From: Eledone cirrhosa
Taxonomy: Eukaryota
Length of the DNA stretch: 64,000 nucleotides
Assembly (NCBI GenBank): GCA_964016885.1
Contig: OZ024742.1
Coordinates: 236,654,001-236,718,000 of the forward strand
Direction of reading: 5' to 3'
The notes under the pieces are model-generated. The model had not been told where the DNA came from, searched no databases, and was given only the letters and a program-made list of their open reading frames with translations. The first letter of the stretch is position 1, and each line of letters begins with the position of its first letter. Below, piece after piece: positions 1 to 15,064 of this stretch. Made by a program: the position numbers and the translations under genes.

Positions 1-20
1 ATATATATATATATATATAT

Positions 21-645
21 ATAAATTGATGAGCAGAACAAACAAACATTAAACAATCCTTTAAATAAATTAAACAATGATTTAAATATCTACCTGTTCA
101 TAATGCTATTACCATAGAGCTATGGGTACTTAGTACTCAGTGAGATATTTACCTCATTTTTATATATTCTCCAATCTATGTAGAGAAAAAATTCGTTGTT
201 GCTTACTGCTATTTTTTTAGCAGCAAAGCCATCAACACGTCTGTAATATTCCCGCTTTCACTAGCGGCCGGTTCACGTGTGGGTCACTTTAACGGCCATA
301 ACTCATACGAGCTGGTAGTTGGCATTATATTTGCAGACCGTGGGACTTAAGTCCTATAGGAGGAAATAGCTATCTGATGAAATTTACTTTCCGTTGGAAA
401 TTCTCCGAATTTCTCATCTTTTGTAAATGGAAACCGCCGGTAATAGCATTATGAACAGGTAGATATTTAAATCATTTTTTAATTTATTTAAAGGATTGTT
501 TAATGTTTGTTTGTTCTGCTCATCAATTTTTATAGTTCTGGTATCTCGAATTGGTACCATTGAACAACAATTATATTATAAACACCCTATATATCTCTAT
601 GGGTACTTAGTACTCAGTGAGATATTTACCTCATTTTTATATATA
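21..645. repeat. Fold-back module: inverted arms 21-113 / 439-533 plus direct repeat 120-167 / 597-645
   Basis: Read directly; adjacent to (TA)n. Confidence 0.85.
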
Positions 646-826
646 TATATATGTACGTGTGTGTGTGTGTGTGTGTACATATGTTCATATATAAGCATAG
701 ATGATATTCTACTTAGTACTCCAACGTTTTAAGAAAGGTTGAGTGTTGATATTAACACCCCTTTTACTACTCTCACATCATTCCAAATAACTATAATGCC
801 AATGTTTTGTTTTTTCCTTATTACAG

Positions 827-1100
827 GCGGATGTTTCCTACGTTTCAAGTCCGGCTATACGGACTGGATCCAATGGTGGATTATATGGTGATGATGGATT
901 TTGTACCTTGTGACGATAAACGTTATCGCTATTCGTTCCACAGTTCCAGTTGGATAGTATCGGGGAAATCGGAACCTTACGTTCCTGGACGATTCCATAT
1001 CCACCCTGACTCACCCGCTAAAGGAGCACAATGGATGAAACAGATTGTTGCTTTTGATAAACTGAAACTGACCAATAATCCCAAGGATTTAAACGGACAT
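827..1100 (+). CDS. Tbx1: Tbx1/10 T-box gene, first exon in window (N-terminal half of T-box; upstream exons lie outside the window)
   Basis: ttacag acceptor ends 826 and gtaagt donor starts 1101. Encodes [42 protein letters not shown]...[26 protein letters not shown]...NGH, a Tbx1-subfamily T-box sequence. Confidence 0.95.
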
Positions 1101-1144
1101 GTAAGTATTATATTTGTGAATGTGAGAATGTGTATATGTGCGTT

Positions 1145-1206
<62 letters not shown>

Positions 1207-1244
1207 TGTTTCTATCTCTCTCTTTTTATATATATATATATGTG

Positions 1245-1284
<40 letters not shown>

Positions 1285-2733
1285 TATTGTTTCTGAGGAA
1301 GACGGTCAGATGGATCTGTGACATTGAGACTAGAAATATATGGTAACATAACAACAACCTATCAGTCAATATATCGATTTACCATGATCAGTCAACCCTC
1401 TGAAACGATTGTAAAACAATGAACTAATTGAGAACCTATTTTCCATTTTTGTTTTATTTTCATTGTACAACACACGCTCATATATATAAATACCTCTGTA
1501 GCCCGAGTATAATCTTCAATGGAACCTTATGTGATGCGAGCCTACTATAAAAATCTCGTTGAAATCATCTCTTCAAGACTGCATTGAGTTCTAACAACGT
1601 TATCGGCCCTACCATAAACAGGCGAATACTACCATATATATGTATGTATAAACATTTCTAGACGAAACAGGATGTAGTTCATGAACACTTCCCCGAATAT
1701 AAACCATTACAAGAATACGATCATTAATTGAGAGAAAATATGATTAGAAAGAAACGAAAGAAAACAAAATACTAAATACAAAATACAAATATTGTTGTAT
1801 AACTGGCTACAACCCTGTGAACCACCTCTTAATCCATCACTGACTCGTGTCCACAGATCCCATGTGAGCTCCTGCGTGAGCGAGAATTAGAACGTAATTT
1901 TATTTCATTACATTGATGTGATTCTAGATTCTGTCTATATAGGAAGAAAACCCCTTATTTACACAGATCATTCAGAAAAAAACATAGGATAACTAATATT
2001 CTTTTATATATATATATATGTATATATATATATTAAAATAACAGATTAAAGTTTAAGCAAAGAATCGCTGCTTTCACCCTTAACGGGATCTTCTGAAACT
2101 AAAAAAGTCAAACTGTGAACGCAGAAGTAAATATTTCAAAAAACGTTGCAACGGAAGGAAGACAGGAAGACGACACTTTGGTTCGTGGAAACGTTCCCTG
2201 GCAAAGAACGGATAAAGACAAAGATAATACATCATAATTTGGAGCGGTGAAAATAATTACACGCAAAGACAAAACCACGTTTATGGTATAAATGAAGTCG
2301 TATTGGCACAAGGCCAGCAATTACCCAGTGGATTACTGGTACTTTATTTTATCGACTCCGTAAGGATAAAAGGTATAGTTAATTAATCTCGGCAGATTTG
2401 AACTCAGAACGTAAAGGGCCATAACTCCATGGTGCAAAGCATGGTGACTAACGCTCTATCGATACTGCCAAACCAATGCGCGTGTGTATATGTATATATG
2501 TGTGGGTATGCGTGTGTGTGTGGCCTAACCCCAGGTCGTCTATGGGTATTGTGCGCTCATGGCTATCTGTACAAAATGCAACCCATTCTCTTAGTTATGC
2601 GTTCCATTCTCCAAAATAAAATAATTTCAACTAAGTGTTCGGTAAGACGTTGAACCCAGTTTTTCACACTAAGAAAATTATCAAGCATCTCCCTCTACAC
2701 AATCCATTCGCACCTATATTAAATTATGCGATG

Positions 2734-2912
2734 AATTGGCAGTATCGGCAGAGGGTCGGACGCCATTTTTTGACGCATAGAGTTACGGTCCTTGCCATTC
2801 TGAGTTCAAATCCCGCCGAGGTTAACTTTGCCTTTCATCCTTACGGGGTCGATAAAATAAAGTACCAGTAATACACTGGGCAATTGCTGGCCTTGTGCCA
2901 AAAGTAGAAACA
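2734..2912 (+). mobile_element. tRNA-derived SINE (family A) with 16-bp TSD
   Basis: TGGCAGTATCGG A-box-like, GAGTTCAAATCC B-box, end CCAAAAGTAGAAACA; TSD ATTAAATTATGCGATG at 2718-2733 and 2913-2928. Confidence 0.88.
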
Positions 2913-4505
2913 ATTAAATTATGCGATGGGTCATACGGCCCTCTCTACCGCTTTGCATATTCCAATGTTTAGTGACTTATTTATTGATTGCAGGAAATTA
3001 TTTCATATTTAATTTAAATGCACAAATAACGTTGGTTTGCCCGGGAGAGATTCTAGATTCTGCCTGTATTGAGAGAAAACTCCTTATCACACAGACTCTT
3101 CAAGACACACACAGAAGAACTATTATTCTTACATTTATTATGCAGATTATTAGACACGCACTTTCAGAGATCCTTTCATACTTAATGGTAATGGTAGGGT
3201 TAGAGGAGACTGTTTGTTATTTAATGATAAGCGAAAGATAAATTATATTTGTGTATGTATGTGTATGTGCGTATGTGTCTGAGTGCGCGTGTGTGTAGAG
3301 GGTGTAGTATGTGCATCTATGAGCGCGTGTGTGTGAGTGTGTGTGTATGTGAGTGTGTGTGTGTGTAGCTTTGGTACACGGAATCAAAAGATGGTTTGAT
3401 GTTAGTGTTGATACTGTTATTCTTGAAAAAACACAACACCGCGGAAGGCATAAAATGTCAGTGGGGTTAGCTATAATATCTTAAGAGTTAAATAATTTCT
3501 CTCTCACCCACAACACCACCGCCACCACCACCAAATAGAGCAGCAACAATAACAAAGCTGCAACTACAATTACCGCATTAACACCACCACTATCATCACT
3601 GTGGTCACCATTACTGCATACAACTACCATCACCACACAGTACCAGCGAAACCATCACCATCACCACCACCACTACCACCACACTCCCTTTCATTACACA
3701 GCGTTTCCTGGACCCCGTGTGGGGCTGTAGTTGACCTTGAAAGATTGTTACAACTCCATTAGACAGCCTGCTTCATGTTACATACATAGAGTATTAGTGT
3801 TTTTGTTGTTGATGTTAATGTTTAAGTAGATGGTTGATAGACATTTAACATATCTATCAACCATACATGAATGTGGTGAATTGGCAAAGATGTTATGGCA
3901 TCGGATTAAAAATGTCTCGGCATTTGTGTCGGTTCATTACACCCTCAGTTAAAATCCCGTCAACTTTGCTTTTCATAATTTCTAGGTCGATTAATAAAGT
4001 AACGGGATCAATTCCCTCTTTCCCTCTATCTATCTATTTATCTAGCTAGCTATCTATTTCCCTCTCTGGAAAACTCTGCTATGTCCCGACCTGGAGTGGG
4101 ATAGGTTCCACAAGGTTTAAAATGCCTAAGAGTGTCCTGACAGCGCCCCTACCATTCTATCAGGACCATTTACTTTTTTTCTTACGAATACATGGAGATT
4201 ACGAAAGGATTCAACTAGAGACACATTTAACTACTTTATAGGTGTCCTTGAATTTTATCTTTCTCTTATTTTTGTATCTTTCTAAATATCTCTCTCTCTC
4301 TCCCTCTCTCTACCGCTCTCTAGCTCTCTGTTTGTCTCTTTCCCCTCTGTTGTTCTTTCTCCTTTTTTTGTTTCTTAATCAAGTGGTATTAGATCTCTCT
4401 CTCTCAGTCAGTTATGGCTTACCAGCTTTACACGGACGCATACATCGATTAAATAAATATCTAAGAAATAGTCACTAGCTCTGACAGTTGGCAGGTAAGC
4501 AATAT

Positions 4506-4552
4506 ACTGTACTGATGAAGGGTAATCACCCAGAAACATTAGTGTCTGCAGT
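4506..4552 (+). ncRNA. Minimal type-I hammerhead ribozyme motif
   Basis: actgta-CTGATGA-agggt.aatc.accca-GAAA-cattagtg-TC-tgcagt: stems I-III pair and the core is intact. Confidence 0.85.
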
Positions 4553-4754
4553 TCTGTTTATATACCAACACAAGAGCAAGAATGACGGTGGTCATTCTAC
4601 TGACATTGCTTTAAAGAGGCTGTTTGCATAATTGCAAACGAATAGAATCTTATTAATATTCGCAAAATTCAGATTACATTTATAATAAATATCATTTCAG
4701 AAAATTTCGCTAGATCATTTTAATTGCCTTGAGTAAATCTATCCCGAAAGATAG

Positions 4755-4789
<35 letters not shown>

Positions 4790-4801
4790 TACCTATCTGT
4801 C

Positions 4802-4874
<73 letters not shown>

Positions 4875-6009
4875 AAGTGCTTATATATGTGTGTGTGTGT
4901 ATGTAATTGGTGCCTTATATATATATATATGTACATTAGAGCTTTAACGATATATATTTTTTCAAATGAAAATGTTTATGACACAAATTACATTTGGTAG
5001 CGACACAAGATTAATAAATAAACAATGAAATACCATATCACGCTTGTCTGACTGTGTGTAGAGTTGTTAGAATAATCATTATAATTTAATGTTGATTTTC
5101 CCTGTTTTCGGACGGGTTGTCACTGTTCAAGTCAGTGGTACTTAGTCGAAGTTACTAACATCTCAGACGGGTCGTCACAGACCCATCCCACATAACGTTT
5201 TCGCGCTGTGAAGAGTGTATTGGCTGCATTTTAGCCTAGCATTTGTACTAGGGAGGTCGTCATGTATTTGACCCAACTGAAGAATCTTTTCAACACACTT
5301 TTGTTTTCCAAGTTTTCCATGGCCGAATGCCCTTCAAATCACCAAATTCAAATATATATTCCACAACCAAAATATTCGTAGAAATTGATCAGTTTTGACA
5401 CGCATAGAGATAATCACCATGCCACCGAGGTGCACAACACAGTTTGGAAATCTCTGATGTATGCAGAGCCAGCGCTACCATTAAAATCAACCATTAAAAC
5501 TAGGCAGCCGCCAATGACACACATTTCAAGTGACACACGTTATTGAATTTAAAGTATTACAAATATATACAAGTTTGAATGATCTAATCAAATATATAAT
5601 TGTTTCTACTTTTGGCACAAGGCCAGCAAATACCCAGTGCATTACTGGTACTTTATTTTATCGACCCCGTAAGGATGAAAGCATGGCGTCCGAACCTCTA
5701 CCGATACAAATATATTATGAATTATTGCTATCAATAAATGTATCGATATGCATCATTGTAGTATAGCAGTGTTGTGAATATGTAGCATATGTTGAACATA
5801 TCCCAAACAGTGGATGAATCGTATGGTGTCACACGATTTAGCGTGAGTGAGTGTGAACTGTGTAGTAAAAGATGCAGGCTTAGTAATTTTCTTTGTATGG
5901 TCAGATCAAGAAATGACAAAACAAGGTTTGGCAGTTTACCAAATTGTAAGTTGAAATTATTTTATTTGGGAGAATGGTGCGCATAACCGGAAGAAAGAAA
6001 GCGCATTTG

Positions 6010-6222
6010 GATTGGCAGTATCGGCAGAGCGCCGGACACCCTGCTTCGCGGCAAGGAGTTACGGTCCTTTACATTCTGAGTTCAAATCCCTCCGGGGTTA
6101 GATTTGCCTTTCATCCTTACGGGGTCGATAAAATAATCTACCAGTCACACATTGGGGTCGATTTAAGCGACTTTCCCCCTCCCCAAAATTACTGGCCTTG
6201 TGTCTAAATCAGAAATCATTAT
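6010..6222 (+). mobile_element. SINE family A copy
   Basis: Same head, B-box and GCCTTTCATCCTTACGGGGTCGATAAAAT core. Confidence 0.8.
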
Positions 6223-6943
6223 AACCTAAGGCGCTAAATACCCAGGTGCCGTGTTGGGATGTGTCGATTTAAATTTGTATCAGTCTGTGTTACAAATTCT
6301 GTTTGTACATTCTATGTAAACTGTGTGTATGTATAAGGGAACCATTCCAATGTCCCTCCTATATCAGGTAACTTATACAAATTCCTGTTTCTTGTCAAAA
6401 TGATTGAAAATCGTAGGCAGTGTCTTTCATTAGATATATGGTAATGAAAGGATTAAAGAACCCTTTCTAGTTATCTCAACTTCTCATCTCTCTCTTTCCC
6501 GCCCTCCTCTTTCTCTCTTCCTCTCTCTCTCTCTCTCCCTCTCTCTCTCTCTCACACACACAGCCGATATTCATAGGTTCTCTTCCTACAGCGTAACTTT
6601 CTCTTTTTCTCCCCTAAAATATTTTCTCTTTGTTTAATTTTCTTTTTCTTCTTTGCATTTCTTCCTTCTTTACTTGCCCCTCCGTTTCTTCCCCCTCTTT
6701 CCTCCCTCCATTATTTATTACAATCCTTGCTCAATTCCAAGTGTATGAGAAGACAGCCATCACTCGTCTTATAACAAATTGTATTTCTAACAAACAGTCA
6801 AGTGTCTTGTAAGAAAGACTTCTGCTTTCATTCACAGCCTTTTTATATATTTCTAGTTTGTATATATACAAACTAGAACTATATACCCACTATAAACATT
6901 GCATGTATATATATATGTGTGTGTTTGTGTGTGTATATGTTTC

Positions 6944-6997
<54 letters not shown>

Positions 6998-7296
6998 CAC
7001 ACACACACACATATATATAGAGAGAGAGAAAGAAAGAGAAAGTGAAATTTATATATACACTGTGATCTAATATCGTTAGTATACGCATATACACACATAC
7101 ATACACGTGTTTGTATGTGCGTTTGTGATTGAGTGTATTAGTATGTATGTGTGTATGTATGTTTTTCTGGTTTCATTATTTTATGAATTTTTACCAATAG
7201 AGAGAAAGAGTCAGTTTCTACCAAAGACACAAGACTCTTTCATTGGAAGTCAGACAACATCAATTTGGTAAATATGTATGCATGTGTGCATGCATG

Positions 7297-7410
<114 letters not shown>

Positions 7411-7519
7411 TGTGTGCAGCTATGGATGTTATTATATGTGTGGATCTGTATGCTTTGAGTTATATGTGTACACGTGCATATGTTTTGTATCTATATGTGC
7501 ATATGCAGTTATTACACGC

Positions 7520-8800
7520 AGAGTTTTTAATGTTTTAAATATTTTTACAGTTCCATTAATGGATTTTACTTGTAACTTCTTTACTAGTTGTGTTCTTTCT
7601 GCTTCTGTGAACACTAGCTTCACAAGATTTGTACAGAGACAGTTAATAATATATCCCAGTGCCCCAAGGTATAGTCAGATTCCTCATTAGTTCTGCATAG
7701 ATTCTCCTTTTCGCTAATCTTTAATATTATATTGGCATCTGCTAGGCAGCTAACTTCCACTACTGTGTATGCTTTCTTTTCCCTGTCCCATATCATTTTA
7801 TCTGGTCTGTTATGCTTGCATTTTATTGGGGTTTTGACTGGAACATTTCACCAGTACTCTTTCATATTATGTATGTCTTTCACATTGCTGTAGCTTTTAA
7901 TGTCGGGGCTATCTTTTTTGCGAATTGCTCTGTATTGTGTTTTGGCCACTACATTGATAGATAGTAGCGCGATGACATCTTTGGACAGCTGCTTATCTCT
8001 GGGTAACATATTCGATGTTAATTCTGCAGAGTCTGCAATCGCTGTCACATCTAGTTGATTTGCCTGCATCCCTATCTCTTTAGTGAATTAGGTATTTTGT
8101 ATTAATTTCCCGTTCATTTATTGCAACAGCATATTCCTCAAAGTGAGAGCCAATGTAGCGGTTGTTGGTCTACTACTTAGACTACTTTGTTTATCTATAT
8201 TACTCTCACTCTGGAGCTTTCTGGCAAAATATCGATGCATGATCTATTGCTGATAAGCATGCAGTTTTCATCCATGGATTCATTGCGGTATTGCTGGTCA
8301 ATTTGCCTGTGTGTGAGTTTTTGATTATCACGCAGGGAGTATTTCTCAAGGAGCTCCTTCCCAACTCTCATGATCTTATCTGTCTCATGCAGACAGACTT
8401 GCTAAATAGATGGGCTCCCACGCTTGGTGGTTCGTATATATTGTCGGTGGGGTATGATGCGACACATAAATGTAGTCTGGACTAATGTTAGGCCTCTGTC
8501 TCCCTGCTTACGTTTCAGGTAGAGGCGGTCTATGTCACTGTTGATATGGAGGTTTCCGTTGTTGTTTAGGATTTTTTTTTTTGGGGGGGGGGAGTAACAC
8601 TAATAGCTCGGATTTCATCTATCGTCCAATCGAGTATTCCAAATGTTTGTGTTAGGACAAGCACAACAAACACATTGTGAACCACTGTTTTATTGTGCGC
8701 AGAGATTCCAGATGGCCATATTTTTTCTTAGGATGGGGGGGGGGGGCGCTAGTTACAAATACCATCATAGGATATATTCTCATCTATCCCTAGGTACCTT
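7520..8800 (-). mobile_element. Decayed R4/Dong-clade (RLE) LINE fragment
   Basis: Minus-strand translation gives WTIDEIRAI, HINSDIDRLYLKRKQGDRGL, CRLC...SSCPKMSSRYY, KHNRPDK...VEVSC. Boundaries approximate. Confidence 0.75.
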
Positions 8801-9469
8801 TAGCAGTCCTAATCAGATATCGGTGAAACAGTTAGGCCAGTGTATGTATGTATGTATGTATGTATGTATGTATGTATGTATGTATGTATGTATGTATGCA
8901 TTAGTGTCTGTAAATATATATTTAGATATTTGTAAGTGGTGTGTACGTGTGTCTGTATGTATGTTAGACACGATGATTCTTTATAACTGCCCTACAGCAT
9001 TTCATTGAAAGAGAAACCAAGAAAATGACGGCGGTAGATTTGTTGTCGTCGTAAAATGGAACAAACGAGAAGAAATTAGGGTAGATTAACGAGGTAGCTT
9101 TATCATCAACCTCTACCATTGTCGCCGTCGTCGTCATCATAAATCATTCTTAGAATGCTTCGCGATATTTATTTCGGTTCTCTTCTCAATGAGTTCAAAT
9201 TCCATCGAGGACAACTTTGCCTTTCATCCATTTCAGGTCGTTAAAAAAAGTACCAGTCAAGAATTGGGGGTCGATTTTTTCCCCTCTATCTCTTCTCACT
9301 TCAATTCTCTCAATCTCTATCCTTATCTAGTAGAAATCTGCTGATTCAGACCTGGAGGGGATTGGGGTCTCCCCCAGATTTAAAAAATGCCCTATAAATG
9401 CCGTATGTCCCTAAAACGCACGCCCCTACGACTGCCTCGGGATTTACGGGACTAAACCAGGCCAATCAT

Positions 9470-9700
9470 CCTTACCATCATCGTCGTCATCACCAATGCC
9501 GCTGCCGTCATCACCACTGCCGCCGCCGTCATCACCACTGCCGCCGTCGTCATCACCACTGCCGCCGTCGTCATCACCACTGCCGCCGCCGTCATCACCA
9601 CAACCAACACGACGACGACGACCTCCACCACCACCACTACTACTATCTTTATCAGCAAGACGACAACCAACAACACCACTTCCATCATCACCATCATTGT
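9470..9700. repeat. 21-bp CCACTGCCGCCGYCGTCATCA tandem repeat in a trinucleotide-rich tract
   Basis: About 5 units read directly. Confidence 0.85.
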
Positions 9701-11897
9701 GCGCTAATCCGTCCTACAGAACCTACTCTGTTTATACTTATACAGATTTCCTATTCAAATACTTTTAAACCAAACCGCACAACACAAAAATATCTTTCGA
9801 AAGAATACATAAAGATATGAACCGTGTGGGTAGTAAGCAATAAAGAACTGATATCTACCCGGTGGTTCTGTCCCTGCGGACCTTCCCCTCCTTTCACTCC
9901 ACCCCCATCACTTTACATTCCCTTCTCTCTTTCTCTCCGTCCCTCCACTTCATGTATTTTCTACTTCCTTCCCTTCTCTGTATCTTCTACCTTACTCCAT
10001 CTCGTTCCGTTCCTTCGTTTCACAGCAGCCCCGAGTTGTTAGGCTTCTTATAAACATATATTTATAGCCAATATAAATAACACTCTGTAAGCTATCACAT
10101 CACAGTACAGAAGTCTCCAAAGAAGGCTATAAGTTTGAATCATTTTGATACTAACCTAACCAAAGTTGGATCCGGTTCTCTCATTTTAGAGGGTTTCTAT
10201 TTAAATTAACACCTTCCAACATAGGTTAAGTTACTATCTTAACTTAGTAATAAAATAATTAATAATTTTAGTAAATCTACCAACATTTTTCATTGTAAGT
10301 CAAACACATTGTTGACCATCACAGTGCACTAGACACTTCAAAGTGCGACTAAGTTTAAAGTAAGGTAACTCTAAGCGGATTTAAATCATTAGGTCAAACA
10401 TTCTACATATGCTGCAGTATACTCCAAATGTGACTCTAAGCTTTCAAATAAAGTAACTATAAGTTAATTTAAAAATCAAACTTACCATAAACCACACCAT
10501 AATACAGTCGACTCCAAAGTAGCTATCATAAGGTTTGAAATAAAGTGATTATAAGCGAAGTTAATAATCGAACTGTTTGTAAGCCTCCATAATGCAGTAG
10601 AAACTTGAAACTCACCTTTTTTCTAATATAGCATTTCTCACCTCAAATTATGTATTGTTTGTACTCCCCTCTCTGTTATTTAGCCCTTTCGTGACCATAA
10701 TGGAAGACATTGTCCATGGTTGTCTAATAGTTTTGAAAATAATAAAAAAGAATTGAGAAATATTTAGTAATATAATTAACTCTATCGTTATTAAGCTGAT
10801 ATTTGGAACATATCTTAACAAAGGCTCTTACATGGAATTATGGTTGACGGTATTTCTTTTTTGAGGAATAGAAACTAAAACCTTTTGTTATCATATTTCT
10901 AATATTTCTAATGAAAAGCACCGCCTTTGATTTTTTCAAATAATTTTGAAAATAGTAAAAAAAATTTGAAGGTATTGATAATATAACTAAATTTCTCCTT
11001 AAAATTTCTTAAAATTATGGCGGTAGATTTTTTTTTTATTAATAAATATTAGCATTAAAAAAAATGTTTGCATTGTTGAATCAGGAGTGGATTTACGCGG
11101 TTTTATATCAATTAGTGATTATTTTAACGTCCACATTAAAATAATCGTTGTTTGATACGGAACCGCCTGAAACCACCTCTGCTCATGTAATTCTAAATCA
11201 AATTCTGTGCAGTAAGTGTACATTTTGAGTCAAATAATATATTTACTTACATGAGAAATGATACTTAAAATACTCAACACACTCATAACATGTTAGATAT
11301 AGCTAGCATTACATATACCTCTAAGACTCAGAGAATATGAAACACTGGGTTATTGCACCTGCCTCAAAGAAAGATTTGTATAGTTCTAACATTTCCTTAA
11401 AATAAACTCTGGTGTCAGTAGAATGAAAGAACATATCAATCTTTATCATCTATCTTTCATTGCTTTATGTGGTATATGAACATTTTACGAAACATTTTGC
11501 AATGATACTGTAATATTCAGTAGAAGAATAATTCACAGTAAAACCATTGTCTACTGGTTTGATGGAACATTTTTGTTTTTCTTCAATTATAATTCAAGCA
11601 TACTTAATCTTTATGTTGTTGTTTCACTTGTTTTTATTTGCTCTTAAGTTCATGATCTTTTACCATTTGCCATATATATATCATGTGTATGTAGGTTTTT
11701 TTTAATCGATACTTCTGTATTTTTAGTTTGAGTTCATATCTAAGTGCTATATCTCAAAGATCATATCTGTGCGCTGGAGTTACGAGGCCTAGAGCTCTCC
11801 CCCTCCCCCAACAAAAAAGAACTTTCCATAAAAATAATAATAATAAGATACAGGGTAAAAACATTTTGGTATTCTAACACCTAAAATATATTAACAA

Positions 11898-11958
<61 letters not shown>

Positions 11959-12029
11959 GTATGTGATATGTGTGTGTACATATGTCAGAGAGACAGAGGG
12001 AGCTTCTTTTTATTATTAACCTTTCTATG

Positions 12030-12222
12030 GTGGTGGATTGGCAGTATCGGTAGAGGCGTCGGACGCCATGCTTTGACGCATAGAGTTACGGCACTTGCCA
12101 TTCTGAGTTCAAATCCCGCCGAGGTTAACTTTGCCTTTCATCCTTACGGGGTCGATAAAATAAAGTACCAGTAATGTACTGGGTAATTACTGGCCTTGTG
12201 CCAAAAGTAGAAACAATTATTA
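12030..12222 (+). mobile_element. SINE family A, full length
   Basis: Near-identical to 2734-2912. Confidence 0.88.
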
Positions 12223-14340
12223 ACCTTTCTACCCAGAAACAACTTCGCGGTCCCTGTAACTTGTTTGTTTACTTCTCTTTATATATATTCCGTTAATACT
12301 AAAACTACATCTAGTGCGACACGAGTTTGTTAGGTTATGTTGTTGTATGCAATATGTGGAACAACAGAACATCTTGTCTATGGTTTTATTATGTCTTATG
12401 TGGAAACAACACAATATCTTGTCCCTGTTCTATTATGTTATATGTCATATGCATAATAACACAACCTCTGATCCCTGTTGTATTATGTTGTATATCATAT
12501 GTGGAAATAACATATCTCGTCCAATTGTGACCTGCTATATATGTTATTTCTCCAACTTTTATTATAATATGTTTTAACATTACGCATGAGGGAATAGTTA
12601 TACAGAAACACACATAGCTAGTACTAATTTATTTGTTATCATTATTTGCTACAAAAGGTGGTGGATTAACGAAACCATTAGATTGTCTGACAAAATGCTT
12701 ACGGCAGACATTCAGCTACCGCTCATTACATTCTCTGTCCAAATCCCACCGAGGTCAACTTTGCGTTTCAATCTTCCGGGGTGGATAAAATATAGTACCA
12801 GTAAAATAATGGAGTCGAACTTCTACTACTCTAAATTGTAGTTGTAATATTCTTGTGGGCTGGTGCTTATCTTTGCTGGATTTTTTCTTTTAATTAATAA
12901 GTTTCCTTGTTCGATTATCGCTATTTGATTTATACTAGTGACTTCCAACACAGGTACATGGCCGTCAATTTGAGGAGAAGGGAAAGCCACAATTTCACCA
13001 ATCCAATACGTGACAGATACTGTCTTTATCCCCACCGGAAAGATAAAAGTTAAAGGTGAACTCGGCAGAATTTGAACACAGATCGTAAAGGGTCATAACT
13101 AAATGATACAAATCATCGTGAACTCTAACGATTCAGTTGATCCACCACCCATATTTGATTATTAATATTAATTTCTATCATAAGCACGGTATCAGAAGGA
13201 AAGTGTTAGTCGATTATATTGATCTCGGTTACTTTCGTTTATCGATCTCGGAACGATGAAAAGTAAAATTGACCTTGTGAGATTTGAATCAATGAAATAT
13301 TCGATAAATTATAATAATTGATGACATAGGCATATAGACACACAATTTCTTGTTAGGATTGTGTTAGTCGATTACATAGACCTCAATACTTGTCTGGTAC
13401 TTCATCAATTCCAGAGGAATGAGAGATGAAACTGACCTCTGCGGGATTTGAAAGAGCCGGAAAAAATAATACTGCAAAGCTCTTTCAATCCTGTTCCTCC
13501 ACCCTTTTAATAATAGATTCATCGCATGTGGTAGAGTGCCAGTGTCGTTAGAGTGACGGAAAAATGCTTGGCACACTATTTGTTCGGGCTATTTACTTTC
13601 TGGGTTCAAATCCTGTTAAGGCCAACTTTGCTTTTCATTCTTCAGGAGTCGAAAAAATAAAGCATCAGTTAAGTACCAAATTGTTAGCTTTTTGTCTAAA
13701 TCAGGAAATAGTAATAGACCCATTAATATATTAACTTTTGTTAATCTAAATTTAAAAGCCTTTTGTTGCGAAGTTTGTTTCTTGAAATTTTTAATTCAGT
13801 TTTGGGAAGTGATTAAAAAGCTCCTAAATCTTGTTACATGTTTATGCTATTATATTACGTTAGTAGTAATACTTTGTGACATAACATAACATAACATGGG
13901 AAAATATGCTGAGTGTTGCTGTGTAAGAGAAATAAGATTCCACTTGAAGTGAATTCTCTTCACCAACGCCTCTTGTACGACATGAACATAATACAATCTC
14001 ATTCTTTTTCAATTAGAAATTTGAAGCTTTCTACTTGAATAAGAAAACAATATGAACAATTATGACCTAAAACCTTTGTAAAGTTACCGGTTAGACGATG
14101 TCTGTGATAGGTTTTCAATTCGAAATTTTAATTATTTTGTTTCACTGGTCGTTTTTACTGCTTAATCATGGATGCAAAGAGTGTGGCCGTGGTATTTTAC
14201 AGGGCCCCAGAGACTGGAGGAAGGGAAGAAGTAAGTTATATTTAAACTGAAAACCTATCCTAAATGCTTGCAACTGATTGCACATAGCTGAAGGCATCTA
14301 ACGACCAGTTGGTGGTATATATATATATTATATATATATG

Positions 14341-14467
<127 letters not shown>

Positions 14468-14474
14468 CATATAT

Positions 14475-14544
<70 letters not shown>

Positions 14545-14637
14545 GGAAAGTTATATTTAAATTGTTGGGTTACAACTAGTAAATATTTATAACTGATATA
14601 AAAGCACTCAACAAGTATTTGGAGTATACATATATAT

Positions 14638-14670
<33 letters not shown>

Positions 14671-14679
14671 AATATACAT

Positions 14680-14718
<39 letters not shown>

Positions 14719-14734
14719 AATATACACATTTTTT

Positions 14735-14768
<34 letters not shown>

Positions 14769-14865
14769 TACATATATATGTGTGTGTGTGTGTGTGTGCA
14801 TATACATAGGCGAAAAAACGGTATATTTTCGCCTATTCCAAATTGTAGTAGAGAGGTGGGAAAGC

Positions 14866-14908
14866 ACTGTCCTGATGACGACCACAGCCAGAAATGTACG
14901 TTGACAGT
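14866..14908 (+). ncRNA. Minimal hammerhead motif (weak stem II)
   Basis: actgtc-CTGATGA-cgaccacagcca-GAAA-tgtacg-TT-gacagt. Confidence 0.7.
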
Positions 14909-14989
14909 TGTCGAACTGCTAAACTATGGAACACAAACACACATATATATTTATATTTATATAAAAATTCAACCTGTCCGGCCTACTGT

Positions 14990-15064
<75 letters not shown>

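Noticed and set aside
370-420. CTGATGA...GAAA at 374-400
   Set aside because: No stem I or III; folds as a simple hairpin.
1101-1346. Extension of ORF 807-1346 beyond NGH and its start at 807
   Set aside because: Intronic read-through past a canonical gtaagt donor into (TA)n; the start lies in the polypyrimidine tract.
1286-1350. Possible decayed hammerhead CTGAGGA...GAAAtatatggTA
   Set aside because: Stems I and III are mismatched; plausible relic but not supportable. The same applies to CCGATGA at about 45205(-) and CTGATGA at about 55375(-).
9398-9820. His/Arg/Cys-rich ORF
   Set aside because: Arises from trinucleotide and 21-bp repeats; no splice or homology support.
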